Sequence record: PQ390715.1 | Length of the DNA stretch: 64,000 nucleotides | Reading direction: 5' to 3' (one strand) | Shown here: positions 47,041 through 64,000 of the stretch, in pieces | Layout of the letters: each line of letters opens with the position of its first letter | How positions within the stretch are numbered: the stretch's first letter is position 1 | Position numbers and translations under genes: made by a program | The notes under the pieces: model-generated | What the model saw: only the letters and a program-made list of their open reading frames with translations | Database searches by the model: none | Told to the model about the DNA's origin: nothing

Positions 47041-49461
47041 TTAACCTCCTATGTTATTGTTTTGCAATGTAATCAAAAATGTATCTGAAACATAATTCAC
47101 TGATTCATGCGAAAAGTATCCGAATTCAACCGATGTGATTTCGAACTCTACACCTACCATTGTACCATGTTCATTGTTCTGAAGTAAAGTGTTGAAAAAT
47201 GCTTCACCTTTGCCTGGTTGACAATATGCAACTGGAATGATAGGCATGAATTTTTTCTGTATACCATCTTCAATGTATGGGTGATTCATAAATCTTGGGA
47301 CCGTATCAAGCATTTCATCACTGATACTTGGTATCGCATCAACGTATAGACCACGATTTTGTAAATCGGTTGGGTCTTTTACTAAGTTGGTTGTGTCTTC
47401 ACCAATAGCCTGAAAAATATTTTGTCGTAAACCAAATAATTCACCAAGCTGACCGTTGTCGATTTGAGTATATTGACGTGGATTTTTGGATACAGATACT
47501 AAAGAACCTTCAGGTAAAACCTCTCTATATAATAGATCATATTGTAAGTTACCTTGATTGTCAAGTGCTGATATTATTTTATAATTACCCATTACCATTT
47601 TAAATTTTCCATTTGGAATAGTAGTTCCATTTGGGTTAATTATACTATTTCTCAATACTTTCTTGATATCAGAAAGGTTAGTATATGGATACGTTTGACT
47701 TAGGAAGTTTTCTTTCAATAACATCTTCGGTATTTTCTGAAGACCATATCTATTGTCAGATTGTCGGAAAAATAGTTGATTAGTGAATGATGAAGTACTT
47801 ATACATTTAAACCATTCTCTCTCAAATGCAACCGAAGGTAATACATGTGCACTCAAATAATTCTGTCCGAATCCTCTTACAATCTTAAGGTTAAATATTT
47901 TTCTTGCTTCACCACCTTCAGTACTAAATGCTTTAACATAAAACGATAATTTAATATCATCATTTTCACTAAAATCAATACTTTTGGCATATGCAGTTCC
48001 TACAAGATATCCATCTGGTGTCAAATCTATCCCATACTTTCTAATGTCATCACCACCATCTAAAACATACGAAACTTGATTAGAGCTATCAGTTTCAATT
48101 TTAGGATATATACTGTCTCCAAAATATTCACCAACATGTATGGTTCCTAAATCACTATCAGTAATAAAGTTTATATTATTACCTTCTTCTGCGTTTATCA
48201 AAACCCTGAACATTTTTTGCATACCAATGATATTATCACCAAGAGTAGAGTCATAATATCCTAAATCAATCCAATCACTACTATCATAAACGGGCTTAAT
48301 TGTTCCATTATCGTATTCACCACTAATTACGTATGGATACACAACATTATCTTTTAATTGATATAAATGATTGGGTAGTGGTTTTTCTGAAATAGAATAT
48401 ATAGTATCTATGTCTTCAGGACAAACCCACATTTGATATGCTTTATATCGTTGATTGATAGCAAACCTTTCACTTTCTTCGGTGTATGTACTTAATATAT
48501 CAACAATCTCAACTTTAAAATATGCATCACAAGCATCTGAGTCATATAAAAATGTTTGCAATAATTGCCCATTTGGGTTGAACACCATTCCAGTGTCAAT
48601 TAAATTACCATTTCTATTTTGAATATTAACTTTTACTTCTTTGTTTATACCAGAAATAGGCCATGTTGATTGTGCTGGCTTGAATACTGCGAAATCATTC
48701 GTAATATGTTTATCTGGAACTTCAGAAATATCCATGTCAATCAAACGATATGCTGGAAAAAAGACACGAGGTGTAATATCAGTAGTCATGTCAGTACCCA
48801 AAATGAAAGGTCGTCTTCTTCCAAATCCTTGAACGAACAATGTACTGTTGGAGCCATACTCAACATCACCAATACAATAAAGCTTTTTGTCATCACCAAT
48901 CTCAACTCCGGGTGTAACCCAAACTTCTTGACTATCATATGTTATTGATGTATCAGTTAATCCTAGAACACCACTTGGTGAAATATTTCCAAAATACATA
49001 ACATTTACTGCTTGTAAATAAAAATTTATAATTTCTGTATTATTATAGGTTCCATCATTTTTACAATGAATTTTTATAAAATAAACATCTTCACTATTAG
49101 TACTTGCAGATAAGTTAAATTCATTTTTGCTGATTTTACACTTATGCTTACCATTTACTAATTTATTACCAGTTGTACCATCTGAAATAGGAACAAAAGT
49201 ATTTTCGTCATTACCAACATAAAAAGTATAATGTGGTTCTGGATCAAATACAGCACCTGAACTATCCAAGCATTGTATGTTAAGAATCATTTCTAAGTAT
49301 TCATCTTCATTTAATACATAGCTATCATCCGTTGTGCTTTCTTTATTGATACTCAAACGCACAAGAATGTCTTGTCCTTCTTGTATATATCGAGCATCGG
49401 CTTTTATATCCCATCGTGGGGTAAAAGTTGTCATTATAATTCTCCATAGCCAAGCTGCCAT
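47041..49461 (-). CDS. large late protein, probable virion (baseplate-type) component
   Basis: 806 aa beta-rich; exact T4-type late promoter TATAAATA at 49473-49480. Confidence 0.55.
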   Translation of the reverse strand: MAAWLWRIIMTTFTPRWDIKADARYIQEGQDILVRLSINKESTTDDSYVLNEDEYLEMILNIQCLDSSGAVFDPEPHYTFYVGNDENTFVPISDGTTGNKLVNGKHKCKISKNEFNLSASTNSEDVYFIKIHCKNDGTYNNTEIINFYLQAVNVMYFGNISPSGVLGLTDTSITYDSQEVWVTPGVEIGDDKKLYCIGDVEYGSNSTLFVQGFGRRRPFILGTDMTTDITPRVFFPAYRLIDMDISEVPDKHITNDFAVFKPAQSTWPISGINKEVKVNIQNRNGNLIDTGMVFNPNGQLLQTFLYDSDACDAYFKVEIVDILSTYTEESERFAINQRYKAYQMWVCPEDIDTIYSISEKPLPNHLYQLKDNVVYPYVISGEYDNGTIKPVYDSSDWIDLGYYDSTLGDNIIGMQKMFRVLINAEEGNNINFITDSDLGTIHVGEYFGDSIYPKIETDSSNQVSYVLDGGDDIRKYGIDLTPDGYLVGTAYAKSIDFSENDDIKLSFYVKAFSTEGGEARKIFNLKIVRGFGQNYLSAHVLPSVAFEREWFKCISTSSFTNQLFFRQSDNRYGLQKIPKMLLKENFLSQTYPYTNLSDIKKVLRNSIINPNGTTIPNGKFKMVMGNYKIISALDNQGNLQYDLLYREVLPEGSLVSVSKNPRQYTQIDNGQLGELFGLRQNIFQAIGEDTTNLVKDPTDLQNRGLYVDAIPSISDEMLDTVPRFMNHPYIEDGIQKKFMPIIPVAYCQPGKGEAFFNTLLQNNEHGTMVGVEFEITSVEFGYFSHESVNYVSDTFLITLQNNNIGG

Positions 49462-49472
49462 TATCTATAGAT

Positions 49473-49480
49473 TATTTATA
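49473..49480 (-). promoter_or_regulatory. T4-type late promoter TATAAATA
   Basis: Exact consensus between a terminator and the large structural gene. Confidence 0.7.
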
Positions 49481-49521
49481 TAAAGGACAAGGAAGACCCA
49501 TAAGGTCTTCCATTAAATATA

Positions 49522-50934
49522 TCAATTGTCTGATTTAGGAGTAAAGTCAATCTTTCTTAGTTCTTTTAGTTCAGATTTATAAATGTCCCAAATTAAGTCA
49601 TGATTAGATAACAGTTCATTGTACTTATCCATCAAATCAAGATTATCTTGAATATCTTGTAGTACTGATTGATAATTATCTTGCGTCCAGCGATATGAAG
49701 GGAAGTTTACAATGCTTTGAATATTCTCTTCCGTTGCTTCAATTTCGGTATTTAACGATTTAACGAATTCAACCATTTCAGCACGGTTTGCAAATCCTTT
49801 TACCTTAGCAATCATATCATTATCGAAACATTCTTTAATTAGAATTTTATAACGAACTTCAGCAGCACAATCATCAAGTTTCTTTTCATAACGCTTGATG
49901 TAATATTTGAAACGGAAATCAACGAAGTCTTTAATCAAATCCATCGTAGTATCGTAAACTTTCACTTTGCCATTTTCACCTAGAACAGTTAAATGTTGAG
50001 TCATTTTTTTGTTAATGCCAAAATACTCAATAACATCCATCTCTGTCCATTTAGCTGACGTTCCACGTGGAAGTTTAATGGTAATATCAATTACATCAGT
50101 ACTATCATTGTCATAATCACGAATCTCACCATCATCACTCATTTTGATTAGTTTTTCGATGAATTTCTCAATACTGTAATTAGGTGGTAAGCCTGTTACT
50201 TTAACAGTGCTTGCATCAATAACCTCAGCTTTACCATAGAATTCATACTTATTTTCATCAAGCTTAGTCACAACATCACTTGCACCACATGAAACATAAT
50301 ATGGGGTCATTTCTTTTAGTGGTTTTTTATCAATAGCACGAATGCAATTATCAATAATATCTTCAATTTTATGTGGTAGAATTGTACTCTTATAACCAAC
50401 TGACATACTATCATTACCAAACAATGATAATGGAATAATAGGCAAGAAATGAACAGGTTCATATGTTGTCCCGTCATAGTTCTCTTTCATTGGTATAATA
50501 TCAGCATCACGCAAAACAAGCATCTCAGTACTCTTATTCTTTTTAACATAAGTGTAACGAGCAGATGCTGGTGTACTGTTTACTTGTGTACCAAAACCAC
50601 CACGTTTTCCAATAAGAGGATAGTTGTTAGCTACTGGAGATGCTAGATTTTGAAGTGTTCCTGATGCTGACGTGTCCCCATGAAGATAGATACCATCACT
50701 AATCATTTTTCCAGCACATGATACTGTTTTAATTTCCCCACTAATTTTAGATAATGTGAAGATTGCTTTACGTTGTGAACTCTTTAGACCATCAATTCCA
50801 GGAATAGCACGGTCTAGTGTATACATCGAATATTCTAGTGATGTTGTATTCACATAATCAGAACTGTTATAATCTAGTAGAGTTAGTGTTTGGTTATCGA
50901 TATTATGATTTTCTGTTTTTTTACTTTTAGCCAT
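49522..50934 (-). CDS. type IIA topoisomerase, GyrA/ParC-like subunit (T4 gp52-like)
   Basis: DGLKSSQRK, YLHGDTS, catalytic ASARYT. Confidence 0.95.
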   Translation of the reverse strand: MAKSKKTENHNIDNQTLTLLDYNSSDYVNTTSLEYSMYTLDRAIPGIDGLKSSQRKAIFTLSKISGEIKTVSCAGKMISDGIYLHGDTSASGTLQNLASPVANNYPLIGKRGGFGTQVNSTPASARYTYVKKNKSTEMLVLRDADIIPMKENYDGTTYEPVHFLPIIPLSLFGNDSMSVGYKSTILPHKIEDIIDNCIRAIDKKPLKEMTPYYVSCGASDVVTKLDENKYEFYGKAEVIDASTVKVTGLPPNYSIEKFIEKLIKMSDDGEIRDYDNDSTDVIDITIKLPRGTSAKWTEMDVIEYFGINKKMTQHLTVLGENGKVKVYDTTMDLIKDFVDFRFKYYIKRYEKKLDDCAAEVRYKILIKECFDNDMIAKVKGFANRAEMVEFVKSLNTEIEATEENIQSIVNFPSYRWTQDNYQSVLQDIQDNLDLMDKYNELLSNHDLIWDIYKSELKELRKIDFTPKSDN

Positions 50935-50984
50935 TCCATTGTCTCTTGGTAAAAGGGGAACACCATGTTCCCCATTAGTCTATA

Positions 50985-52949
50985 TTATTCCATCCAGTTC
51001 TTACGATCATCTGCACGTTTCTTGTTGAAAATCAAATCAAGAGTTTCTCCAAGACGTCCATCATCGGTGATCGCTACTGCAACACTATTAGTGAATGCAT
51101 CACGGAAGTTTGCTTTTTCTAAAGTTCCTAAACCTTTTGCACGCGTTGCTTTCCAGCCTTTCCAATCATCTGGGTTATATTCATGCACATTATGACCATA
51201 GTAGTATTTTGATTCTTTACCTTTCTCAAGAATGATAAATGGTGTTTTGAATACATACACAAATGGATTTTCTGGGTCTTGAAACAATTCAGGCCAGAAT
51301 TTAAATAAGAAGTTACACACTAGAGCACCAATGTTCTTCCCATCTTCATCTTCATCAGCACAGATGTAAAGCTTACCATAGTTTAGTTCAGAACGTTCTG
51401 CTTTAACACCTGGAACTAAGTTGATACTAGCCATTATATCATGTAAAGCCATTGAATCCATTAATTCTTTGGTTTTCTCAGTACCACTGACGTTCATAAT
51501 TTTCCCACGCAATGGTAGAATACCATGAATACTTGGTATACGAGCACTAGCCATGTTGGAAATTGCAGAGTCACCTTCTGCAATCAATAGAATACACTGT
51601 GAACGGTCTGTTCCAGTACTATCCAATAGTTTTGCAACTTTACCTTTTAGAAGTTTCTTTGCTAGGCGACGATCTTCTTCTGCATCTTTCTTATTTGTAC
51701 GGGCAGCACAACGTTCGAAGATTTCATCAACCCATTCTTTGTTCTTCTTAACTAATTCATCAAACCATTCGGTACTCATAGCTTGTTGAATTGGACGGAT
51801 TACGTTTTCATTAGTTAGTTTAGATTTAATCTGTGAGTTGAATGAAGGTGCTTTCATAGTTGTGACATTATAAATCAACAAACCTTCTTCAATATCAGAA
51901 CGATTAGGTTTCATCCTACGTTTCTTAGATTCTTTCTCTAGTGCAGTTCCTACACCGAGTGAGAAGAATTTCTTGAATGTATCAAGATGTGTACCACCAT
52001 CAAATGCAGGAGCATTGTTAACCAACCCATGCATATGGAAATTCGTGTTCATGCCAGCTACTGCATTAGGAACAATATAAAAAGTACTGTTAAAATTGAA
52101 TGAATCATCTTTAACATTCAACTGCATTAATTTAGATGCATTGAAGAGTGCTTTTTCAGTGTTTCCTTTAATAGCAATACGTTTCCCGTTCAGAAAGATT
52201 TTATAAGTTGGGTTAGCTGCTGCCATTTCTTTAAGAATACTATAAAGTAATTCGGTTGGTAGTTTTCTGTTTGGAAAAACTTCTTTACTCAAAGTAAAAC
52301 GAATTGTTGTTCCAGTTTTATCGGTTTGTACCTTTCTAATAGTAGGTTCGTGTACATGAAGCTCAGGGAACATAATAGTTCCTTCCTCAAACTTCTGATT
52401 GAACTTATAAAACCCATCATAACCATCATTACTACTTTGTGTTTTATACGGACGACCTTGGCGATGAATTTCTAACTCTGCCTTAGAACTGACAATCATT
52501 GCAACAGAACCACCTAAACCATTCTGACCAATCGTTTCATCACGTTTTGAATCGTCAAAGTTACGGCCTGTTTTTGTTTCAGTCATTACCATAGTACACA
52601 AGTTTTTCTGATACTCTGGAACATAATCAATTGGAATACCACGTCCATTGTCACTAATTTCAAATGATAGTTCTTCTTCATTGAAATCAACTTTCAAAAC
52701 AGGTTCTTTGGTTCCAGCTTTTTTAAATTCATCTAAGCTGTTATCAATAATTTCACGTGTAGCAGTAAGAATTGCAGGAACCCATTCTACGTTCTTAACC
52801 TCATAACCTGATTCACCAAAAATCAGTACTTGACTTTCATGCACTGAACGAGAACCAAGATACATCTCGGTACGCAAACGAGCATGTTGATAATCATTTA
52901 GTCGTTGAACATCATGTTCCTGTAGAACAGCACTTTCTTTCTTAGCCAT
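50985..52949 (-). CDS. type IIA topoisomerase, GyrB/ParE-like subunit (T4 gp39+60 fused)
   Basis: EIIDNSLDE, DNGRGIP, GQNGLG, EGDSA, PLRGK, DEDEDG. Confidence 0.95.
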   Translation of the reverse strand: MAKKESAVLQEHDVQRLNDYQHARLRTEMYLGSRSVHESQVLIFGESGYEVKNVEWVPAILTATREIIDNSLDEFKKAGTKEPVLKVDFNEEELSFEISDNGRGIPIDYVPEYQKNLCTMVMTETKTGRNFDDSKRDETIGQNGLGGSVAMIVSSKAELEIHRQGRPYKTQSSNDGYDGFYKFNQKFEEGTIMFPELHVHEPTIRKVQTDKTGTTIRFTLSKEVFPNRKLPTELLYSILKEMAAANPTYKIFLNGKRIAIKGNTEKALFNASKLMQLNVKDDSFNFNSTFYIVPNAVAGMNTNFHMHGLVNNAPAFDGGTHLDTFKKFFSLGVGTALEKESKKRRMKPNRSDIEEGLLIYNVTTMKAPSFNSQIKSKLTNENVIRPIQQAMSTEWFDELVKKNKEWVDEIFERCAARTNKKDAEEDRRLAKKLLKGKVAKLLDSTGTDRSQCILLIAEGDSAISNMASARIPSIHGILPLRGKIMNVSGTEKTKELMDSMALHDIMASINLVPGVKAERSELNYGKLYICADEDEDGKNIGALVCNFLFKFWPELFQDPENPFVYVFKTPFIILEKGKESKYYYGHNVHEYNPDDWKGWKATRAKGLGTLEKANFRDAFTNSVAVAITDDGRLGETLDLIFNKKRADDRKNWME

Positions 52950-53050
52950 TTGAATTCCTTATCATGTCTCTTTGTCATAAAACATTGTATCACCAATGTT
53001 TTTTTTTGTCTCAAAAAAAAAATATCGGAACGATTTGTCCCGATATATTA

Positions 53051-53841
53051 TTATTTTACTAACATAAGTTGAAGTTCGGCACTTGGACTTGATTCATCAT
53101 CACTCCAGTACTTATGAACCTTATCTGGACTCGCCTTTGCAAGTACTTCACCACCACCAACAATATAAACTTGATGGGAACCAATTAAACGGGTCCAGAA
53201 TTTAATTGCATCATCAGTATGCAGACTATCACTCAGAACTTTAATACCATGTGATATCATATCCATAAAGATATTATAAATTATACCTTTAGTTCCAGTT
53301 TTAGAAGCAGTTGCGGCAATTTCAAAAACGTTTTGAACACCAAGTACTGCATCATTGGATAAATGCCCACTAACTATAGCAAGCTGTTTACCAGACTTAT
53401 CGTAAGCGATAAATCCAGTACCGTTTTTGTTCATATATACATCATAGTCTTTATGTTCTGCGAACTTAACCATGTTGTGCTTACCTGTCATTTCGGCAGT
53501 TTTATCGACAAACTCGTCTCGGTCTTGACCTTGAAAACTATCGAAACGTTGTGGCATTTCATCCAACTTATCTTTGTCGTCTTCACATGAATCCATTATA
53601 TCACAAGTTCTGTCGTCTGTATCAGCTAATTCTGCATCTTGTACAATATCGACTAAACTACGCATACTTGCTTCTTTTACTTTATTAGGAAGTTTAGAAC
53701 TTTTTTTAAGATTTCCTTCCTTTTCATCAGCGGCATTCCATTCTTTAGCAGCACTTTGTGAAATTCCAGCTTTCTTTGCAAATTCTGGATTGTGTGCGGC
53801 GGCTGCGAAGAATTTAGCCTGACTTTTACTCTTACTTGGCA

Positions 53842-53842
<1 letters not shown>
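53051..53842 (-). CDS. hypothetical, possibly head-packaged protein
   Basis: N-terminal MPSKSKSQAKFFAAAAHNPEFAKKAGI basic module followed by an acidic linker. Confidence 0.55.
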
Positions 53843-55985
<2,143 letters not shown>

Positions 55986-56019
55986 ATATATCTAATCTTG
56001 GAGTTTTTAAGTCTATATT

Positions 56020-57082
<1,063 letters not shown>

Positions 57083-57151
57083 GTAATAAAAGCTCCAATA
57101 TGATTTTAATGTTTTGTTCGATAGTAATTATAGGATAGAACATTAGTTCTG

Positions 57152-57960
57152 TCAAGCACTATCATTGTGTTTTTTAATTGCTTCACAGATTGCTTGAACT
57201 TGAACAAGATAAGTTTTTGCAAATTCTGCTTGGGTTCGCACACGGGGGTTCGGTGCGTCTTTGATCATAAGTTCTAGGTCATAAACTACCTTATCAAAAA
57301 CTCCCTTGTCTTCAATAATACGATCATAAAATGTTTTGTCAGTCATGTCAAGAACTCCATGTTATAAAATTATAATTTAACGTAAGATACTACAGATGCA
57401 TCAGAAACAGAAGGAACATTAAGATACACGTTCTCATACTCAATAAAATCAACAGTACTCGTAGTAAGAGCATTCTTGATACGTTGTATGGTTTTTTGTA
57501 CAGTAATTTCTTCATTTTCTAGTGCATTAGTGCCATTACCTTTCAATGAATCATTGATTAGTGTTTGGATAATCTCAGCAGCTTTTGCTGTTTTCATATC
57601 TTCAGTAGTTAGTGCTGCTTGTTCTGCAACACTCAAAGTACTAAGAAAAGGTTGATAACTAATATATCCAACGGTGATTGTTGCACCAGTTGGAATCGTT
57701 TTTGCAGTTCCTGGTGTAGCAAATTCAACATTGCTATAAACTGGTACTGAATAAGTTGAAAGCAAACGAGAAAGTTGTAGGTAACGCAAAAGTGCAATTG
57801 ACTTATCAATAGTTTGCTGGTCAGTCGGTGCGGTTGTTGGGGAAGATGAATCATAATCACCATACATATAATATGGGATATTATCTAGGTTCGTCCCTGC
57901 AACTTCAATTTTAAATACTTGTAGTAAATTGTTCATTGTATATTCTTCTCCATAATACAA
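57152..57960 (-). other. two hypothetical genes (57152-57346, 57370-57960)
   Basis: ORFs; TAAATA at 57973-57978 upstream. Confidence 0.65.
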
Positions 57961-58019
57961 AACACTTTTGATTATTTATTATTAAAAATCAAAAATATTT
58001 ACGTATAACATTTAGTCTT

Positions 58020-59384
58020 TTAGAATCGTGCATTTTGCCTCAACATAACACTATAGCGTGGGCGTGTCATGGCAGTGTATAAAATTCTACACTTAGTATC
58101 ATTTGTACCAATACGTTCAATAAAATCAGTATCAAACCAAATGTTATCAAAAGTACTTCCTTGTGATTTATGAACAGTGGTTGCATAAGGATAATTGATG
58201 ATATGTAATTTGTTCTTAATTACATAGTAATCCTGCCACATATATGGTTTCTTTGTCAATGGATTTATTTCTTTTTTCTCAATATCCTTAACAAGTTTAT
58301 CTAGTTTTTCGTCCATTGCAATTCTTGTTTCTGGTCCTACGCCTAAAATATAACTACCATTAGGTAAACGGAATTGCCAACAATCAATCCCCATAAAACT
58401 TTCACGTTTCACTTCAGGACATTGTATAATTTGTTGTACTACATATGGACTATTCTCAGTTATGCTTTCAAAAACAATTGGTTCACCTTTAGTAAATTCA
58501 TCTGGTACTTCAAATAGTTGACTTCTAATGTAAATATTAGCCAAATTAACTCGATAGTTAGTATATGCTAAGATTTTATTTTCATTTACGAAATCAAATA
58601 TTTTTTTAGATGAACCCTTGTTTTCCATAATAAATTCACGATAAACATTCAAAAACAAATCTTCATCATCAATAGGTGTAATAGTGCTTAAACCATATGT
58701 TTGGTGCATAATATCAAATGGATTTTTACTAGTTCCAATACACTCACGAATAGCAGTTGCAACTGCCAGAATCGGATTATCTAATGCTTGTCGTAAAACC
58801 TCAGTTAACTCATATTGAACAGGTACATCAAACGTAGGAGACAATTTAGTCTCGCCCATTGTTCCTTCTGACTCAACTGGAGGCAATTGACAACGATCAC
58901 CAATGAATAAAACTGCTCTACGGACACGCCACAATTGGTCTTGTATGTGCTGGAATAGTTCATCTGAAATCATACTACACTCATCAACAATAAGAATGTC
59001 AACGTTAGTATTACTAACTTTACTTTGTGGATCATGCTTCAGTACTTGACGATTCTTTTCATATACTAATTTTAATCCTAAAAAAGAGTGTATAGTACTA
59101 ACTTGTGCATCTTCCTTAGTAAGACCAGCATTATTAATTAGCATATTACGAATAACAGCATTGGCTTTATGTGTAGGTGAAGTTACTGCAATATTATAAT
59201 TTTTACATAGTGCTTTTACAATCTCAGCAGTAGTGAATGTTTTTCCAGTTCCTGCTGGTGCAGATAAAACTGAAATTGTTTTACCTGCATAGTTGTAAAC
59301 ACGATCTATAAAATCATCAAAGATTTCTTGTTGCTTATCCGTAAGCTTAATTTTACTCATCATTCCCTCGACTGATTTATACAT
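58020..59384 (-). CDS. dda: SF1B DNA helicase (Dda/RecD-like)
   Basis: APAGTGKT, VDECSM, GDRCQLPPV, LTEVLRQ, YATTVHKSQGSTF. Confidence 0.9.
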   Translation of the reverse strand: MYKSVEGMMSKIKLTDKQQEIFDDFIDRVYNYAGKTISVLSAPAGTGKTFTTAEIVKALCKNYNIAVTSPTHKANAVIRNMLINNAGLTKEDAQVSTIHSFLGLKLVYEKNRQVLKHDPQSKVSNTNVDILIVDECSMISDELFQHIQDQLWRVRRAVLFIGDRCQLPPVESEGTMGETKLSPTFDVPVQYELTEVLRQALDNPILAVATAIRECIGTSKNPFDIMHQTYGLSTITPIDDEDLFLNVYREFIMENKGSSKKIFDFVNENKILAYTNYRVNLANIYIRSQLFEVPDEFTKGEPIVFESITENSPYVVQQIIQCPEVKRESFMGIDCWQFRLPNGSYILGVGPETRIAMDEKLDKLVKDIEKKEINPLTKKPYMWQDYYVIKNKLHIINYPYATTVHKSQGSTFDNIWFDTDFIERIGTNDTKCRILYTAMTRPRYSVMLRQNARF

Positions 59385-59390
59385 TTCAAG

Positions 59391-60693
<1,303 letters not shown>

Positions 60694-60778
60694 ATTACTT
60701 CTTTCTCCATATAAACTATGTAAAACGTAAAATTGGGTAAATACTTTATAAAAATAACAATAAGATTGGAGATTAACA

Positions 60779-62181
<1,403 letters not shown>

Positions 62182-62183
62182 AA

Positions 62184-62216
62184 TAAAAGGAGCAACATTT
62201 TGTTGCTCCTTTTTTA
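62184..62216. terminator. bidirectional intrinsic terminator
   Basis: AAAAGGAGCAACA/TGTTGCTCCTTTT. Confidence 0.9.
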
Positions 62217-63817
<1,601 letters not shown>

Positions 63818-63867
63818 ATATTATACCCATAAGAAAAGGGATTCTATGAATCCCTTTTAGTTACAAT

Positions 63868-64000
63868 TTATAGTTTGAATGGTGTGAATGTATCTACTTG
63901 GATATCATTCACAATACCACCAATGATATAAGAACTTATTTCAGTTTCTTGTGGTGCAACTTGTACTGAACCACCACTAACCCAATGCTCAGTCCAAGGT
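63868..64000 (-). CDS. nrdB: ribonucleotide reductase class Ia beta subunit, 3' end (partial)
   Basis: PWTEHWVSGGSVQVAPQETEISSYIIGGI matches NrdB C-terminus VQVAPQEVEVSSY. Confidence 0.9.
   Translation of the reverse strand, partial: PWTEHWVSGGSVQVAPQETEISSYIIGGIVNDIQVDTFTPFKL

Noticed and set aside
50985-52949. T4-like split gene 39/60 with ribosomal bypass
   Set aside because: ATPase and TOPRIM domains are in one uninterrupted ORF.

Overview
AT-rich (~30-35% GC by eye) 64-kb segment of a jumbo myovirus. Gene content resembles the RaK2/PBECO4/GAP32-like enterobacterial jumbo phages (inference, no database search). Almost all genes are on the minus strand. Left two-thirds: an accessory/early region with small hypothetical genes, sigma70-type promoters (TTGACA/TTGACT-16/17-TATAAT), a sigma70-family factor, an HslV-like peptidase, an HNH nuclease, a C5 DNA methyltransferase, 7 tRNA/tRNA-like genes and three structured non-coding stretches. 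Right third: TelA cluster, exonuclease, clamp loader, GroES, a DnaE fragment, a large late protein, topoisomerase II subunits, KTSC, ClpS-like, IF3, Dda-like helicase, RNase H, DHFR, MazG-like, YggL-like, an Hfq-like ORF missed by the ORF track, and the nrdB 3' end. Most striking unexplained signals: (1) about 19 paralogues sharing a C-terminal (T/S)EExxFQxS(T/L)(I/V)xD motif; (2) strong over-representation of the palindrome AGTACT, also fixed in promoter spacers; (3) a D-armless UCU tRNA-like gene and a tRNA-Ser(ACU), both aimed at the AGN codon box; (4) a promoter-driven ~480-nt structured RNA candidate; (5) Hfq/Sm-like proteins.
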